A stretch of 63,218 nucleotides of DNA, the filler included, from Candidatus Sysuiplasma jiujiangense (GTDB lineage: Archaea > Thermoplasmatota > Thermoplasmata > Sysuiplasmatales > Sysuiplasmataceae): NCBI GenBank assembly GCA_019721075.1. It is 10 parts of 10 records of this genome, joined end to end, with 100 filler letters (N's around TTAATTAATTAA, not from the genome) between each part and the next. Parts side by side here need not be neighbours in the genome. Positions count along the whole stretch, not along the records: positions 47,484 to 52,850 come from JAHEAD010000041.1; positions 52,951 to 58,089 come from JAHEAD010000042.1; positions 58,190 to 63,218 come from JAHEAD010000043.1; 7 more parts are not named here. The stretch is one strand, 5' to 3'. Below, one piece after another: positions 51,408-60,704 of this stretch. Below the pieces are notes generated by a model. It was not told the DNA's origin. It did not search any database and worked only from the letters and a program-made list of their open reading frames with translations. A program made the translations under genes and the position numbers. Every line of letters starts with the position of its first letter. Positions within the stretch are counted from its first letter, which is position 1.

Positions 51408-51532
51408 TTGTATCGCCTCTTTTCCTTTTTCTTGCGTTTGACTCTGCCAAGGTACTTTACTATTACCCTGTATCTTCTGCCGTCTTTATTAACTGTCTGT
51501 ATGACAGTTGATCCCTTTTCCGGTTCTACCAT
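51404..51532 (-). CDS. 42-aa basic protein (MVEPEKGSTVIQTVNKDGRRYRVIVKYLGRVKRKKKEKRRYK)
   Basis: GGTGA RBS; ATGA overlap with the next gene; below the ORF-track size cut-off. Confidence 0.65.
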   Translation of the reverse strand: MVEPEKGSTVIQTVNKDGRRYRVIVKYLGRVKRKKKEKRRYK

Positions 51533-51559
51533 TTCAATCACCTAAAAAAAAGGGTGGGG

Positions 51560-52729
51560 TTAGAATAATCCCGTGCTCTCGTTGAACTTGCTGTGCTTTA
51601 GTGCTGCAAATCCGCCTGCGATAAGGATTACCGAGAACAGTAAAACCAATCCGGCTACGATCTGCCCTGCGAAGCTGTACCCGGATATTGCCGCCACTGG
51701 TGAAAGGAACGGAAATACGGAACTTGCTATCACAGCGATTATTAGGCCAACAACGCCAGCAAGGAACTGGTATCCAAGGTCCCCTTTATTTTCCTGCATG
51801 CCGTATATGTATACGCCAGCCGCAAAGCCGAGGAACGCGACATACGGTAAGCCGGATGAAACGAAAGGCAGAGAAGCCCCTCCAAACAGCACTATGGCAT
51901 ATATCAGACCGCCTGCTACCAATCCCAGGACTGCACCGGACACTTCCCTCTTCTTGAGAGTGTACTCAGCGGAACCGCTCAGTCTCGGGAATGATATAGC
52001 TGCAAGGAATATGATGAGCACGCCAGCAAGTACGCCTATGTACGAATAATTGTCAAGCAGGTTGAGCTTGAATGGGTACTGTGCGTAGGATGTTACAGTG
52101 AGTGAACCGCTGCCAGTTACTTTAGCTCCTGTTGCGTTTTTATTGCCAACTGAAAGGTGCATCACATACATGACTTCGTTGTTCAGCCCTGCCATGCTGT
52201 TGAACAGATTAAATGGCTCGGATGTGTTCAGGTTATTGACAGTGCTTGAATATAGAGTTACATTATTTGTAACGTCAGTTACAGCCTTATCTCCGAATGC
52301 ATTATTGCTTGTTGAGTTGTGGAAGGTTCCCAGCATGAAGTATGCCGATGAGAGATTCACCGCTCCAGCAGTACCGGATGTGGCACTTCCCTTGATATTC
52401 GTTGTAAAGAAAAACAATGCCTGTTCCAGCAAATGCTGCACGTTCAAAGATGAATTGCCCGATGCAAGTATGATTTCAGTTGTTCCATACGGTATTGTTA
52501 TTGTTGCTACATGGCTAGTGCTCCAACTCACTGTCAATATATTCCAGTCTGACCCGTTCCAGGCTTCGCCGACATGATACATGCTCTGAAAATATGTATC
52601 TCCGCTAAGTCCAGAACTTGAATTTATGTTTGCTCCCTCTGACTGCACTACGGCAAAATAGCCGTAGGAAAAGATTACAGCGATGAGGATCGCAATTACC
52701 CCTAAAATTGTTCGATTCCTATGTTCCAA
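51560..52729 (-). CDS. Multi-pass membrane protein with ectodomain (TM-ectodomain-TM-4TM)
   Basis: TTG at 52729 after GGAGGT; aligns with 19927-21090 (SSLNVQHLL vs SSQSVYDLL; FGDKAVT vs ISDKGIT; FNLF vs VNLL). Confidence 0.85.
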   Translation of the reverse strand: MEHRNRTILGVIAILIAVIFSYGYFAVVQSEGANINSSSGLSGDTYFQSMYHVGEAWNGSDWNILTVSWSTSHVATITIPYGTTEIILASGNSSLNVQHLLEQALFFFTTNIKGSATSGTAGAVNLSSAYFMLGTFHNSTSNNAFGDKAVTDVTNNVTLYSSTVNNLNTSEPFNLFNSMAGLNNEVMYVMHLSVGNKNATGAKVTGSGSLTVTSYAQYPFKLNLLDNYSYIGVLAGVLIIFLAAISFPRLSGSAEYTLKKREVSGAVLGLVAGGLIYAIVLFGGASLPFVSSGLPYVAFLGFAAGVYIYGMQENKGDLGYQFLAGVVGLIIAVIASSVFPFLSPVAAISGYSFAGQIVAGLVLLFSVILIAGGFAALKHSKFNESTGLF

Positions 52730-52950
52730 ATAGATAACCTCCAAGGTTATTTATTCAAAAACCCGAATGTGGTATTTAAAACATTATGTGAAAAATAAGA
52801 AGTTGGATATATATATATCTATCTCAACTTTAAGATTAAATTAAATTCGTNNNNNNNNNNNNNNNNNNNNNNNNNNNNNNNNNNNNNNNNNNNNTTAATT
52901 AATTAANNNNNNNNNNNNNNNNNNNNNNNNNNNNNNNNNNNNNNNNNNNN

Positions 52951-53720
52951 ACCTTTCTCATGTCCACCCCTGCCTTCAGAAGCCTGGTTGCACAGTAATG
53001 CCTCAGGGCATGGGCATGGAGCTGCGGGACGTTTGCCGCCTTTCCCGCTTCCTTGATGTGCTGCCTCACGGGTGCAGCTTTCATCCTTCCGTAGTCTGCA
53101 GTCCAGAGCGCTTTCGGGTCTGAGGGCTGCCTGAATTCCCTTACGTACCGGTCAGCCATGTCCATTGTTGTGGGCGACAATGCAACGAACCGGTCCTTTT
53201 CCTTCTTGCTTGACCATATCTTGTATCCCTTTTCCCTCCTGTCCTCGATGTTCATCTTCAGGAGCTCCGATATCCTCATGCCCCCCTCCGCAAGCACCCG
53301 TATCATCAGAGCTGTCCTGAACCACTTTCTTTCGTGTTCCGGCTGCTTGAGGTAGTCCCTGATACTCTCGTTGAATTTCAGGCTGCATGTCCTCAGGATC
53401 TCCCGGTACTGGTCATCGGTGGGAAACCATGGATCCGAACTGGGTTCCCTGCTGAAATGAGGAAGACTGACTTCCTGGTTCGTGAATTTTGCCCATTTCG
53501 CCAGATCGGCCATTTCGCTTCTCAGGCTGACCTTCTTTTTCGCGTGTTCAAGCTGTTCTGCGCAGTACTCATAGACCCATACCTCGTCAATGTTGAACAC
53601 GTCCAGGCCTTTCCTTGACAGGGTCCTTATCCTCCTCACGGCCCTGTCCATGGTTTCCACAGAGTATTCCGGGAGCAGGCGTACCCTGAAAGTCCTGAGT
53701 TCGCTGTTCAGGTCCTTCAA
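52951..53720 (-). CDS. Tyrosine recombinase/integrase (3' truncated)
   Basis: GGMRISELL, K..KDR, LHAHALRHYCATRLL..GVD. Confidence 0.92.
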
Positions 53721-54118
53721 TTCTTCACCCCCTTCCAGGCCGGCAGGAACCCTCCGGCGTTCTTGTTGTATTTGTAGCCATGTTGTTCCAGTTCCTTTGC
53801 AAGATCCGCAAACCCCTCCTTAAGGAACTTGCGTGGCTTCAGTTTTCCGTTGTCGTCCACCAGGTCCCATTTCGCCATTATCTCAGTGATGCTGCTGTCA
53901 GGCGCAGGCTTGCCGCCGGATGCCTGGTTTCCGTTTCCCGTCCTTTCAGCTGTGCCACTGTCCTGGATTTCCTTCCTGGTGAATCCCCATGGCTCCTTGG
54001 CATCCTCGAAAAGCCACTCCTGGTAGTCCCTGTCCACGGTTCCGTGCTTCTCCTTCAATGCTTCCCTGATCTTGTCCAGCTTCTCCATTTCCCTTTTCAG
54101 CCACTCATCAAAATTCAT
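53717..54118 (-). CDS. Hypothetical viral protein
   Basis: 133 aa; overlap-coupled at both ends. Confidence 0.7.
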   Translation of the reverse strand: MNFDEWLKREMEKLDKIREALKEKHGTVDRDYQEWLFEDAKEPWGFTRKEIQDSGTAERTGNGNQASGGKPAPDSSITEIMAKWDLVDDNGKLKPRKFLKEGFADLAKELEQHGYKYNKNAGGFLPAWKGVKN

Positions 54119-54312
54119 GCAAAGTCCTCCAGTTTCATTGTTGTTTTTACTACTTGTTCCCTCTTGGCGGATTCTTCCCTCATGATCTGCCCGACCATTG
54201 AGAGAAATTCCATCCTCCTCTTCCTGATCCAGGGAAGATTTGACGCATATGGCGGTATCTCGTCCAGGCCAAGCCGATCAAGCGCCTTCTGGCAGGCCTC
54301 CTCCATATTCAT
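54115..54312 (-). CDS. Hypothetical viral protein
   Basis: 65 aa; ATGA coupling; GGAGG RBS. Confidence 0.65.
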   Translation of the reverse strand: MNMEEACQKALDRLGLDEIPPYASNLPWIRKRRMEFLSMVGQIMREESAKREQVVKTTMKLEDFA

Positions 54313-54569
54313 GAAACAGCCTCCGCCATCTTCTGCCTCAGTTTCATGTCATCCACCCGCAGCCTGTTCAGCTCCTCAGTATTCCGTTCTATCCTTCGCA
54401 GGCACGTCCTCTCATGTCGCCTCAGGGCCTTGATCTGTGTGGTTTCGTACAACAGGTCATTCCGGATTCTGATCAGCTCGTCCCTGTCTCTCTCAATCTT
54501 CCGCTCCAGGGTTTTTATCAGCTTGGGCTGGAACCTGAGCCTGTTCATGATCCTGTAATCAGGCCTCAA
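54309..54569 (-). CDS. Basic coiled-coil protein
   Basis: 86 aa; heptad pattern. Confidence 0.65.
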   Translation of the reverse strand: MRPDYRIMNRLRFQPKLIKTLERKIERDRDELIRIRNDLLYETTQIKALRRHERTCLRRIERNTEELNRLRVDDMKLRQKMAEAVS

Positions 54570-55081
54570 CTTTCATTCACTCCGAAATACTGCCTTGCAA
54601 TCTTCATGTAATCCTGCAGCTGCCGGTAATCATCCGGGTTCGTCTCAGGATTCATGGCACCCTTGACCAGTGAGTTGAATTTCTCCCTGACCTGCTGGAA
54701 ATTGAGCGGTCTAGTGTTGAACCCCATGAACACGGCCCACTTGGGCACTTCGATAAATTCCAGCGCCCTGAAGCCCTGTATCAGCTGGCCAAAATCAAAT
54801 ACTCCCCTCTCCGCCAGCCTTGCAAGGTCCACGATACCATTTACAAGGACTATGAGGATATCCTTCTGCTGCGGTATGCTTATGCCGAAGTACTGCGCCC
54901 TGCTCCTGCTGTACTCGAACCTGTACACATTCCCCTTGTAAGAGAATTTCACGTATGCAGATGCATCATTCCTGCCTGTGCTTGTGCCATGGTCGAAATC
55001 TATTGCACCCAGCCGTTTTACCGCATTCTCCAGCTTCTTCATTGCCGAGGAGGTATCTGTCTTGAACGTCAGAGTATTCAT
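54566..55081 (-). CDS. Viral protein with degenerate C-terminal J-domain-like region
   Basis: W..MGF....FQQVREKFNSLVK..NPE..PDDYRQLQDY..ARQYF follows the J-domain pattern but lacks HPD. Confidence 0.6.
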   Translation of the reverse strand: MNTLTFKTDTSSAMKKLENAVKRLGAIDFDHGTSTGRNDASAYVKFSYKGNVYRFEYSRSRAQYFGISIPQQKDILIVLVNGIVDLARLAERGVFDFGQLIQGFRALEFIEVPKWAVFMGFNTRPLNFQQVREKFNSLVKGAMNPETNPDDYRQLQDYMKIARQYFGVNES

Positions 55082-55389
55082 CAGTACCCCTCCTTACCAT
55101 TTCCCATCTTCTTTACCCAAAAAACAAAATCATCAGAATACCCTTTCCTGATCCACTCCAGCGCGTACCGGAAATGGTCAGCCATTTCCTTGAATGGCCT
55201 GAACGACTCATGGAAATCAAGTCCGTCGAGGATCTTGTTTGTGCATTTCCTGCAGTATGAGACGCCATGCCAGTCGATGATGGGGAAATCAAAGGCAGGC
55301 TTCCGCTGGTGGCATTCCTTGCATTTCACAGGCTCGAAGGTAAAATAGAGGGCTTTTGCTATCTGGCGAATCGTGTATTTTCGGCTCAT
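55081..55389 (-). CDS. Zn-ribbon protein (CKEC..CRKC)
   Basis: Two CxxC motifs; coupled to neighbours. Confidence 0.65.
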   Translation of the reverse strand: MSRKYTIRQIAKALYFTFEPVKCKECHQRKPAFDFPIIDWHGVSYCRKCTNKILDGLDFHESFRPFKEMADHFRYALEWIRKGYSDDFVFWVKKMGNGKEGY

Positions 55390-55580
55390 TGGGACCACTC
55401 CTTCTTTTCTGCCACGAGCAAGCCCGGTTCACTTTTCAAGGTCCTTGTTATGCCCGCAGAGACCAGGGACGGAATCTTCTCAAGCCATTCATTGGCTGCC
55501 TTCCTTGGATCATCACTGGCTGAAATCATCTCACCTACCTTCTTACCATCATAGAGTATGAAGTATCCGTAGAATTTCAT
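55386..55580 (-). CDS. Hypothetical viral protein
   Basis: Likely ATG at 55580 (MKFYGYF); coupled. Confidence 0.6.
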   Translation of the reverse strand: MKFYGYFILYDGKKVGEMISASDDPRKAANEWLEKIPSLVSAGITRTLKSEPGLLVAEKKEWSQ

Positions 55581-55708
55581 CGGAACCCCCACGATTCAAA
55601 ATTTTCACATTCGCAATCGTCCGCCAAACAGGGTTCATCCCTCTCCCCTGTATCTGATCCATAATGCAAGCTATAAGGGTGTCCACACAAACATATTGGA
55701 GACCACAT
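55577..55708 (-). CDS. 43-aa Cys/His-rich metal-binding protein (absent from ORF track)
   Basis: MWSPICLCGHPYSLHYGSDTGERDEPCLADDCECENFESWGFR; coupled at both ends. Confidence 0.6.
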   Translation of the reverse strand: MWSPICLCGHPYSLHYGSDTGERDEPCLADDCECENFESWGFR

Positions 55709-55932
55709 CAGAACCCCTCCCCTGAAACTGACCAGATAATTATGGCATCGTGGCCCCTTTTCTTATGGTAATTTACATGAGGGCCCGAATGGCCTTCCTC
55801 AAGATCACAGGGAAATTTCACACCCTTGAACTCCCAGTATGATGGGCATCTGTAGTCTTCCGGCGGATCGTCCCAGCTCGTGGAGTGTGCGACCCTGTCA
55901 TTGTGGTCCTGTATTGGGTTCGAGAAGCTCAT
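55708..55932 (-). CDS. Small Cys/His protein (C..C.L..GH.GPH)
   Basis: 74 aa; coupled. Confidence 0.6.
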   Translation of the reverse strand: MSFSNPIQDHNDRVAHSTSWDDPPEDYRCPSYWEFKGVKFPCDLEEGHSGPHVNYHKKRGHDAIIIWSVSGEGF

Positions 55933-56117
55933 GCCTTCATCTCCTCCTCATTGATCACATGGCCACAGCTTTTGCAGAAGAGCATTATCCTCATGGCACC
56001 ATATCTGTGCGGCTCGTTCCTGCAGTCGCAGGAGCATTCAACACCGGTACAGAGATCATTGCACAACCGGATCAGCCTCCTCATAATATCCTGGTGTGGC
56101 ATCCGCCTTCTCGGCAA
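55929..56117 (-). CDS. Small Cys-rich protein
   Basis: 62 aa or shorter; several CxC/CxxC motifs. Confidence 0.55.
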   Translation of the reverse strand: MPRRRMPHQDIMRRLIRLCNDLCTGVECSCDCRNEPHRYGAMRIMLFCKSCGHVINEEEMKA

Positions 56118-56346
56118 GTTCCTTGCACTCCTTCTGAAAGGCAGCTATTTTATCATCCTCGTACACGGCAGTTGTCAGGGTCTTCTCGTAAACCACCACC
56201 AGGGTCGGTGCCTCGAGGAACGCAATCCTGAACGTGTAGGATACATACACGTTCGTATCCTTCCTGCTGTATGCTGAATGGACCTTTGACCTGGATCCTT
56301 CAAGGCGGTCCATGAATTCCTCGAAATCGAAAAGAACCTCTTTCAT
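56056..56346 (-). CDS. Hypothetical viral protein
   Basis: Start moved to ATG 56346 after GGAGGTG. Confidence 0.65.
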   Translation of the reverse strand: MKEVLFDFEEFMDRLEGSRSKVHSAYSRKDTNVYVSYTFRIAFLEAPTLVVVYEKTLTTAVYEDDKIAAFQKECKELAEKADATPGYYEEADPVVQ

Positions 56347-56624
56347 GGAAACACCTCCGGAACTGCTTCTATGTCCATTATGGCCGGCTTTCCTGGGAAC
56401 CACTTCTCCCAGTCTTCCAACAGCGATTGGAGCCTCGTGGCAGCCAAACAGTAGGCGTCATGAAGGTAAGGGTTCACACCCAGCCCATTCATCATGATAA
56501 CCTGCCTGCACTGCCAGGCTTCCTCCCGGGCTTTCTGTATGTCGGATCGAAGGGATGCCATGAAGTCTACGATCAGCAGCTCATTCTTGTGGTCCATGTT
56601 GTATCCAAGGTCTGTACCGATCAT
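56343..56624 (-). CDS. Hypothetical viral protein
   Basis: 93 aa; coupled. Confidence 0.6.
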   Translation of the reverse strand: MIGTDLGYNMDHKNELLIVDFMASLRSDIQKAREEAWQCRQVIMMNGLGVNPYLHDAYCLAATRLQSLLEDWEKWFPGKPAIMDIEAVPEVFP

Positions 56625-56625
56625 T

Positions 56626-56874
56626 TCACAAAACCCCTTCTTTGCCTTCCGGCTCCACAGCCCCGAGGTCTGCCCTCATTCGTGTAACGGTCCTCCCAAT
56701 TGCATGCTCTTTTATGGCCACACGATCCGGGTCATCCTGGTCCTTGACTTTCTCGATGGATCGTATTACTCTTGCAGTGACGGGATCCAGGTCCCGGAAC
56801 TCCTTGTAGGATCGGTGCGTATCCCTATTCTCGTACATTATGGAGGCCCCCTGTAGAATGTCCTCATTGCGCAC
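56626..56874 (-). CDS. Hypothetical viral protein
   Basis: 82 aa; GGAGG RBS. Confidence 0.6.
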   Translation of the reverse strand: MRNEDILQGASIMYENRDTHRSYKEFRDLDPVTARVIRSIEKVKDQDDPDRVAIKEHAIGRTVTRMRADLGAVEPEGKEGVL

Positions 56875-57511
56875 CCTCCCCCGTTATTTCCACAACTACC
56901 CTTGTCCTGTCCGGCAGCTTCCGGACTTCCATGGTGATTGTCTTTCCCTTTCCGGCGTGGTATATCTCTTCCTTGACTGTTTCGGAGATGAGCTTCTTCT
57001 GGGTGTCGTAATACCCTTCGAAACATGATACCTCAACCCTTGATTTCAGGATCCCTAGATTGGGAGCGGGAGGGCTCGGGGATTTCTCCTTCTCTACCGT
57101 GATCTCCTTTGTCTCGTTGGCCTGCTCTTCAATGGATCGTATTACCCCGGCATCCTCTGTTTCACGTCCCGCAGATGCCTTGACGGCAGCCGCCCTGACG
57201 GCCATGATGGCTCCCACGTGGTAGGACACGCTCGAGCTTGCCATGCCCAGGATCTTCGATATCTCCCTGTTAGTCTTTCCTTCACCGAGCAGCTTTGCAA
57301 TTTCTTCCCTGGTCTTTCCCTGTTTCTTGGGGAACTTGACCGTCAGTTCCTTCTTCTGTATGGACGGTGTAGAACATTCGCATTCCTGGCAGAATTTGGT
57401 AAAAAATCTATGGCCGTCCTTGGTGTTGGTGTGCTTCACCAGATCACCGCTGGCCATTATGTCATGGCCGCAATTTGCGCACTTTTCTATCTCAAGTGCA
57501 TTGGAGATCAT
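56864..57511 (-). CDS. Zn-binding plus HTH DNA-binding protein
   Basis: CANCGH..CQECEC, then EEIAKLLGEGKTNREISKILGMASSSVSYHV. Confidence 0.75.
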   Translation of the reverse strand: MISNALEIEKCANCGHDIMASGDLVKHTNTKDGHRFFTKFCQECECSTPSIQKKELTVKFPKKQGKTREEIAKLLGEGKTNREISKILGMASSSVSYHVGAIMAVRAAAVKASAGRETEDAGVIRSIEEQANETKEITVEKEKSPSPPAPNLGILKSRVEVSCFEGYYDTQKKLISETVKEEIYHAGKGKTITMEVRKLPDRTRVVVEITGEGAQ

Positions 57512-57657
57512 GCTTCAACCTCCTTCTGGCGGTGCTCCTCTAGCAGCTTTGAAACTACGTCATCAAAAGAGTCAAGTTCCATCGCATGCTTGGCATGCTT
57601 TAGGAGAGCGTAGTTCTCGACGCTCACCTTCACAACCTTTCCATTTGTAGTTGTCAT
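57508..57657 (-). CDS. 49-aa ribbon-helix-helix-like regulator (absent from ORF track)
   Basis: MTTTNGKVVKVSVENYALLKHAKHAMELDSFDDVVSKLLEEHRQKEVEA; GGTGA RBS; ATGA coupling. Confidence 0.75.
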   Translation of the reverse strand: MTTTNGKVVKVSVENYALLKHAKHAMELDSFDDVVSKLLEEHRQKEVEA

Positions 57658-57776
57658 TCCATTCACCATTTGTCAATTACCAAATAGAGAACTCGTGGAT
57701 GTATTAAAGGTTACTCATTAGTTAAATGACTAATATGAACATGCCTATATGTAAATAGTTATTTAGTCAATAGCAG
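57658..57776. promoter_or_regulatory. AT-rich divergent promoter region with operator-like palindrome ATTAGT-N6-ACTAAT (57717-57734)
   Basis: Lies between the divergent RHH and wHTH genes. Confidence 0.55.
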
Positions 57777-58089
57777 ATGGACGTCTTAGACTTCAGATAT
57801 GCCAAATCAGTGATTCTGAAACTACTTGAAAAAGATACATTCATGAAATCAGAACTATTTAAGATAGTATCTAGCAATCAGACACTTGACAAGCTTCTAG
57901 ACGCATTAGAAAAGGATGGGTATGTAACAAAAATATCCTCCAATTATGGTAGACGCACTTATTCTATCTCACTTACAGACAAAGGAAGAACTGTAGCCGA
58001 ACAGCTGAAGAAGGCGGAGGAGGCGGCCAGTGGCATCGTGATCCATGAGGATGAGGGGAGAATAGAGATATCCAACGTTCCGGAGGAGT
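57777..58089 (+). CDS. Winged-helix (MarR/HxlR-like) repressor (3' truncated)
   Basis: TLDKLLDALEKDGYV..ISLTDKGRTVAEQL. Confidence 0.8.
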
Positions 58090-58190
58090 NNNNNNNNNNN
58101 NNNNNNNNNNNNNNNNNNNNNNNNNNNNNNNNNTTAATTAATTAANNNNNNNNNNNNNNNNNNNNNNNNNNNNNNNNNNNNNNNNNNNNC

Positions 58191-60015
58191 CACCCTGAAC
58201 GACAACTTCGCTGTCTTCGGCGCCACCGGTTCGGGCAAGAGCACCCTGCTCTCCCTCATTGCTGCAACGCTCATACGCAGGGGAAGGCCGGTGCTCATCA
58301 TCGACCCGCACAGCGATCTGGTCAGGAAGACGCTTTCCCTCATTCCCAGTCAAGCGACGGACGGCAGTGTCATCTATGTCGACGCGGTCAAATCGCCGGT
58401 GGGGCTGAACCCCTTCGAAATCTTCCGCCAGATAGCCTACAGGGACCAGCTCTCCTCCCTTGTAACAGAGTCCATAGGCCATGTCGTCAGAAGTGCATAC
58501 GGACCGGAGTTCTGGGGTCCCCGCCTTGACTTCCTTCTCAAGGGAGTGCTCGATGCCGTTGCGCCGCTCAGTGAGACAAACTACGCAGACGTTCTTGAAC
58601 TCCTTTCCAATCCCTTTGCAACAAGGGAGGTTGCCGAAACCTGTCCCGATGCAGCGACAAAGGATTTCCTTCTCCACTCCTTTCCGAAGGCAAGGGAAGA
58701 ATGGTGGATGCCAATCAGGGACAAGGTCGGCAGGATTGTGCTGGATGCCGAATCAAGAAGGATTCTCTGCCAGCGCAAGAACAACATAAATCTTGGCGAT
58801 GCAATCGCATCAGGCAAGTCACTCTTCGTTGACATAGACATGAGCAGGATTGGAGAAACCACCTCCTCCCTCCTCGGTTCAATGATACTGTCGATGTACT
58901 GGGTTGTAGCATGCGCACAGAAATGCGGAACGACAGTAATCATAGACGAGGCGCATCGCTTCCCGCCCAGGCTGATTGAACAGATTGCATCGCAGGGAAG
59001 GAAATTCGGCGTCAGTATCATGGTGGCGAGCCAGAGCCCGTCCTCATTCAGCAGGGAGTTCCTCGGCGCAATGGGTTCCAACTTCAGGAACAGGATATCC
59101 TTCCAGCTCGGCGAGGTCGATTCGGCAACAGCTGCAAGCCTTGTCGGCAACGTGGATAAAGAGGAGATTGAATGGCTGGAAAGAATGCATGCTGTCGCCA
59201 ACTTCTCAGGCAATGTCACTCTGCTTGACATGGATATCGTATTCTGGGACAAGCGCCTGTGCGATGATGCAACCAGGCTGACTGCACAGACCTATCCCTC
59301 CGTCGACGACGCCCTTCCCTCACCGATGGCTTCAATGGAGAACCAGCTCTTCGACATACTCCAGATAGCCGGCATGGCGGAAACGCTCGGCAAGCAGTCG
59401 CTCAGCGGCCTCCAGGAGACGGGCGTCTTCCAGCTCTTCCCCTACGGCATGCAGGAAATGGCGGCGCTCGTGGAGAATGCAAGGTCTCTCGGCCTCATAC
59501 AGAAGGCACATCTGAAACTTTCACAGAAGGGATGGAACGAGCTCTACAGGCTGCAGGGAGGAATGATGGCAGGTGGTGACGAGCACAGGAGCATGGTGCT
59601 CAAGGTGAAGAAGGCGCTCGACACAATGGGCATGCTGACTTGCATTACAAGGCAGCGCCCCGGCCAGGAACAGCCCGATCTGCTTGCAAAGACGGCGGGC
59701 GGCATTGTCTCCAGCCTCTTCTATTTCGAGGTCGAGGTTGCAACGAAATACCAGCTCGACAAAAGGAGAAAGAAGGTGGAAAGGGCTGAAAGGGCAGGTG
59801 CTATCCCCGTGTTCGTTTTCGGAGAGAAGGGGCCAGTTCTGTCCGCACTGAAGAAGGGCGAGTTCCCGACATCCCTGTTCCTGCACCTTGTTGGCGAAAG
59901 GCTCATGTCATTCAGCCGCTCAGAGTGGTCACCGCTGTCAGAAGCAAAAGATATTGTTGAGCTGTCACGCAACCTGGAGTCGGACATCACGGGACCAACC
60001 AGGAAAGAATTGTAA
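58191..60015 (+). CDS. HerA/VirD4-VirB4-like ATPase with C-terminal wHTH and PD-(D/E)xK-like domain (5' truncated)
   Basis: Frame open from the contig start: FGATGSGKST, LIIDPH, IIDEAH, QGRKFG, VASQ; C-terminal EH..QPDLL..FEVE. Confidence 0.85.
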
Positions 60016-60704
60016 AAGACTGCAAGGAGTGAATAATTTCATGTCGCATCTACCGAACATGAGATGCTGAAGTGTAGAGTTGGCAAAGACTCAGGGCGAT
60101 TTCTATATGACATCGGCAATACAAATCCATCGGATTCTGTCAAACATCTCAAGCGATGTTGCAATATCTGCCTAAAAGATTCAACTGAGTCCTAAGCAAT
60201 GCCCAATAATGCAGCCAACTGCAATCTGTTCTACAAACGATCATTGTATTCTGGGAGGTGGCATAATTTGCGATTACACTTTCTGGATACTGAGCTTTTA
60301 ATGTCAGCGGATGCGCTAATACGTCGCATCAACTTCGTGCAATTATTTCGGCACAAAGATCCATTCATTATCTGTGCTCCTTCGACATTCCTATAATTGA
60401 GGACACTATCAAAAAGACTAAGAGTAACCTTCAGAGAGAGAGTTGTTGCATTTCTTGAAGAAGAAGGCAATGAACCAGACCTTCATTGTAATGACCACAT
60501 ATCAGGAAGACTCAAACAGAAATAGTGCGGAAGAATGGTAAAGGATAATGTGAATACAGAATCCGTGGCCTGCTGAGCGCCAGAGCAGCATTAGACTTAT
60601 TTTAATACCATTTGAAACTGGAAAATCGACCTCATTTTCGCAGACGAAATGTCACGGATTGGCCACTGCAAGCATAAAGCCGATGATTCTAAATCTTTAC
60701 TCGC

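Larger units (their letters stand above)
47484..52850 (-). mobile_element. Fragment of putative (pro)virus variant C with a contiguous morphogenesis module
   Basis: Order multi-TM, basic, basic, amphipathic, 2TM, SP-TM, 2TM-cytoplasmic, ATPase matches contigs 3 and 4 combined. Confidence 0.7.
52951..58089 (-). mobile_element. Provirus early/lysogeny region: integrase, about 14 small coupled ORFs, divergent RHH/wHTH pair
   Basis: Virus-like run of short overlapping genes ending in a tyrosine recombinase. Confidence 0.8.

Noticed and set aside
52799..52830. GGATATATATATATC tract resembling the repeat arm, upstream of the variant C multi-TM gene
   Set aside because: Low-complexity TA run near a contig end; most simply a promoter element.
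56756..57145. ATGGATCGTATTAC repeated in two adjacent genes (both VIRSIE)
   Set aside because: A single 14-nt match in coding sequence; too little to call a site.
60016..60704. Short ORFs between the ATPase and the oxidoreductase
   Set aside because: No recognisable motifs or coupling; treated as intergenic.
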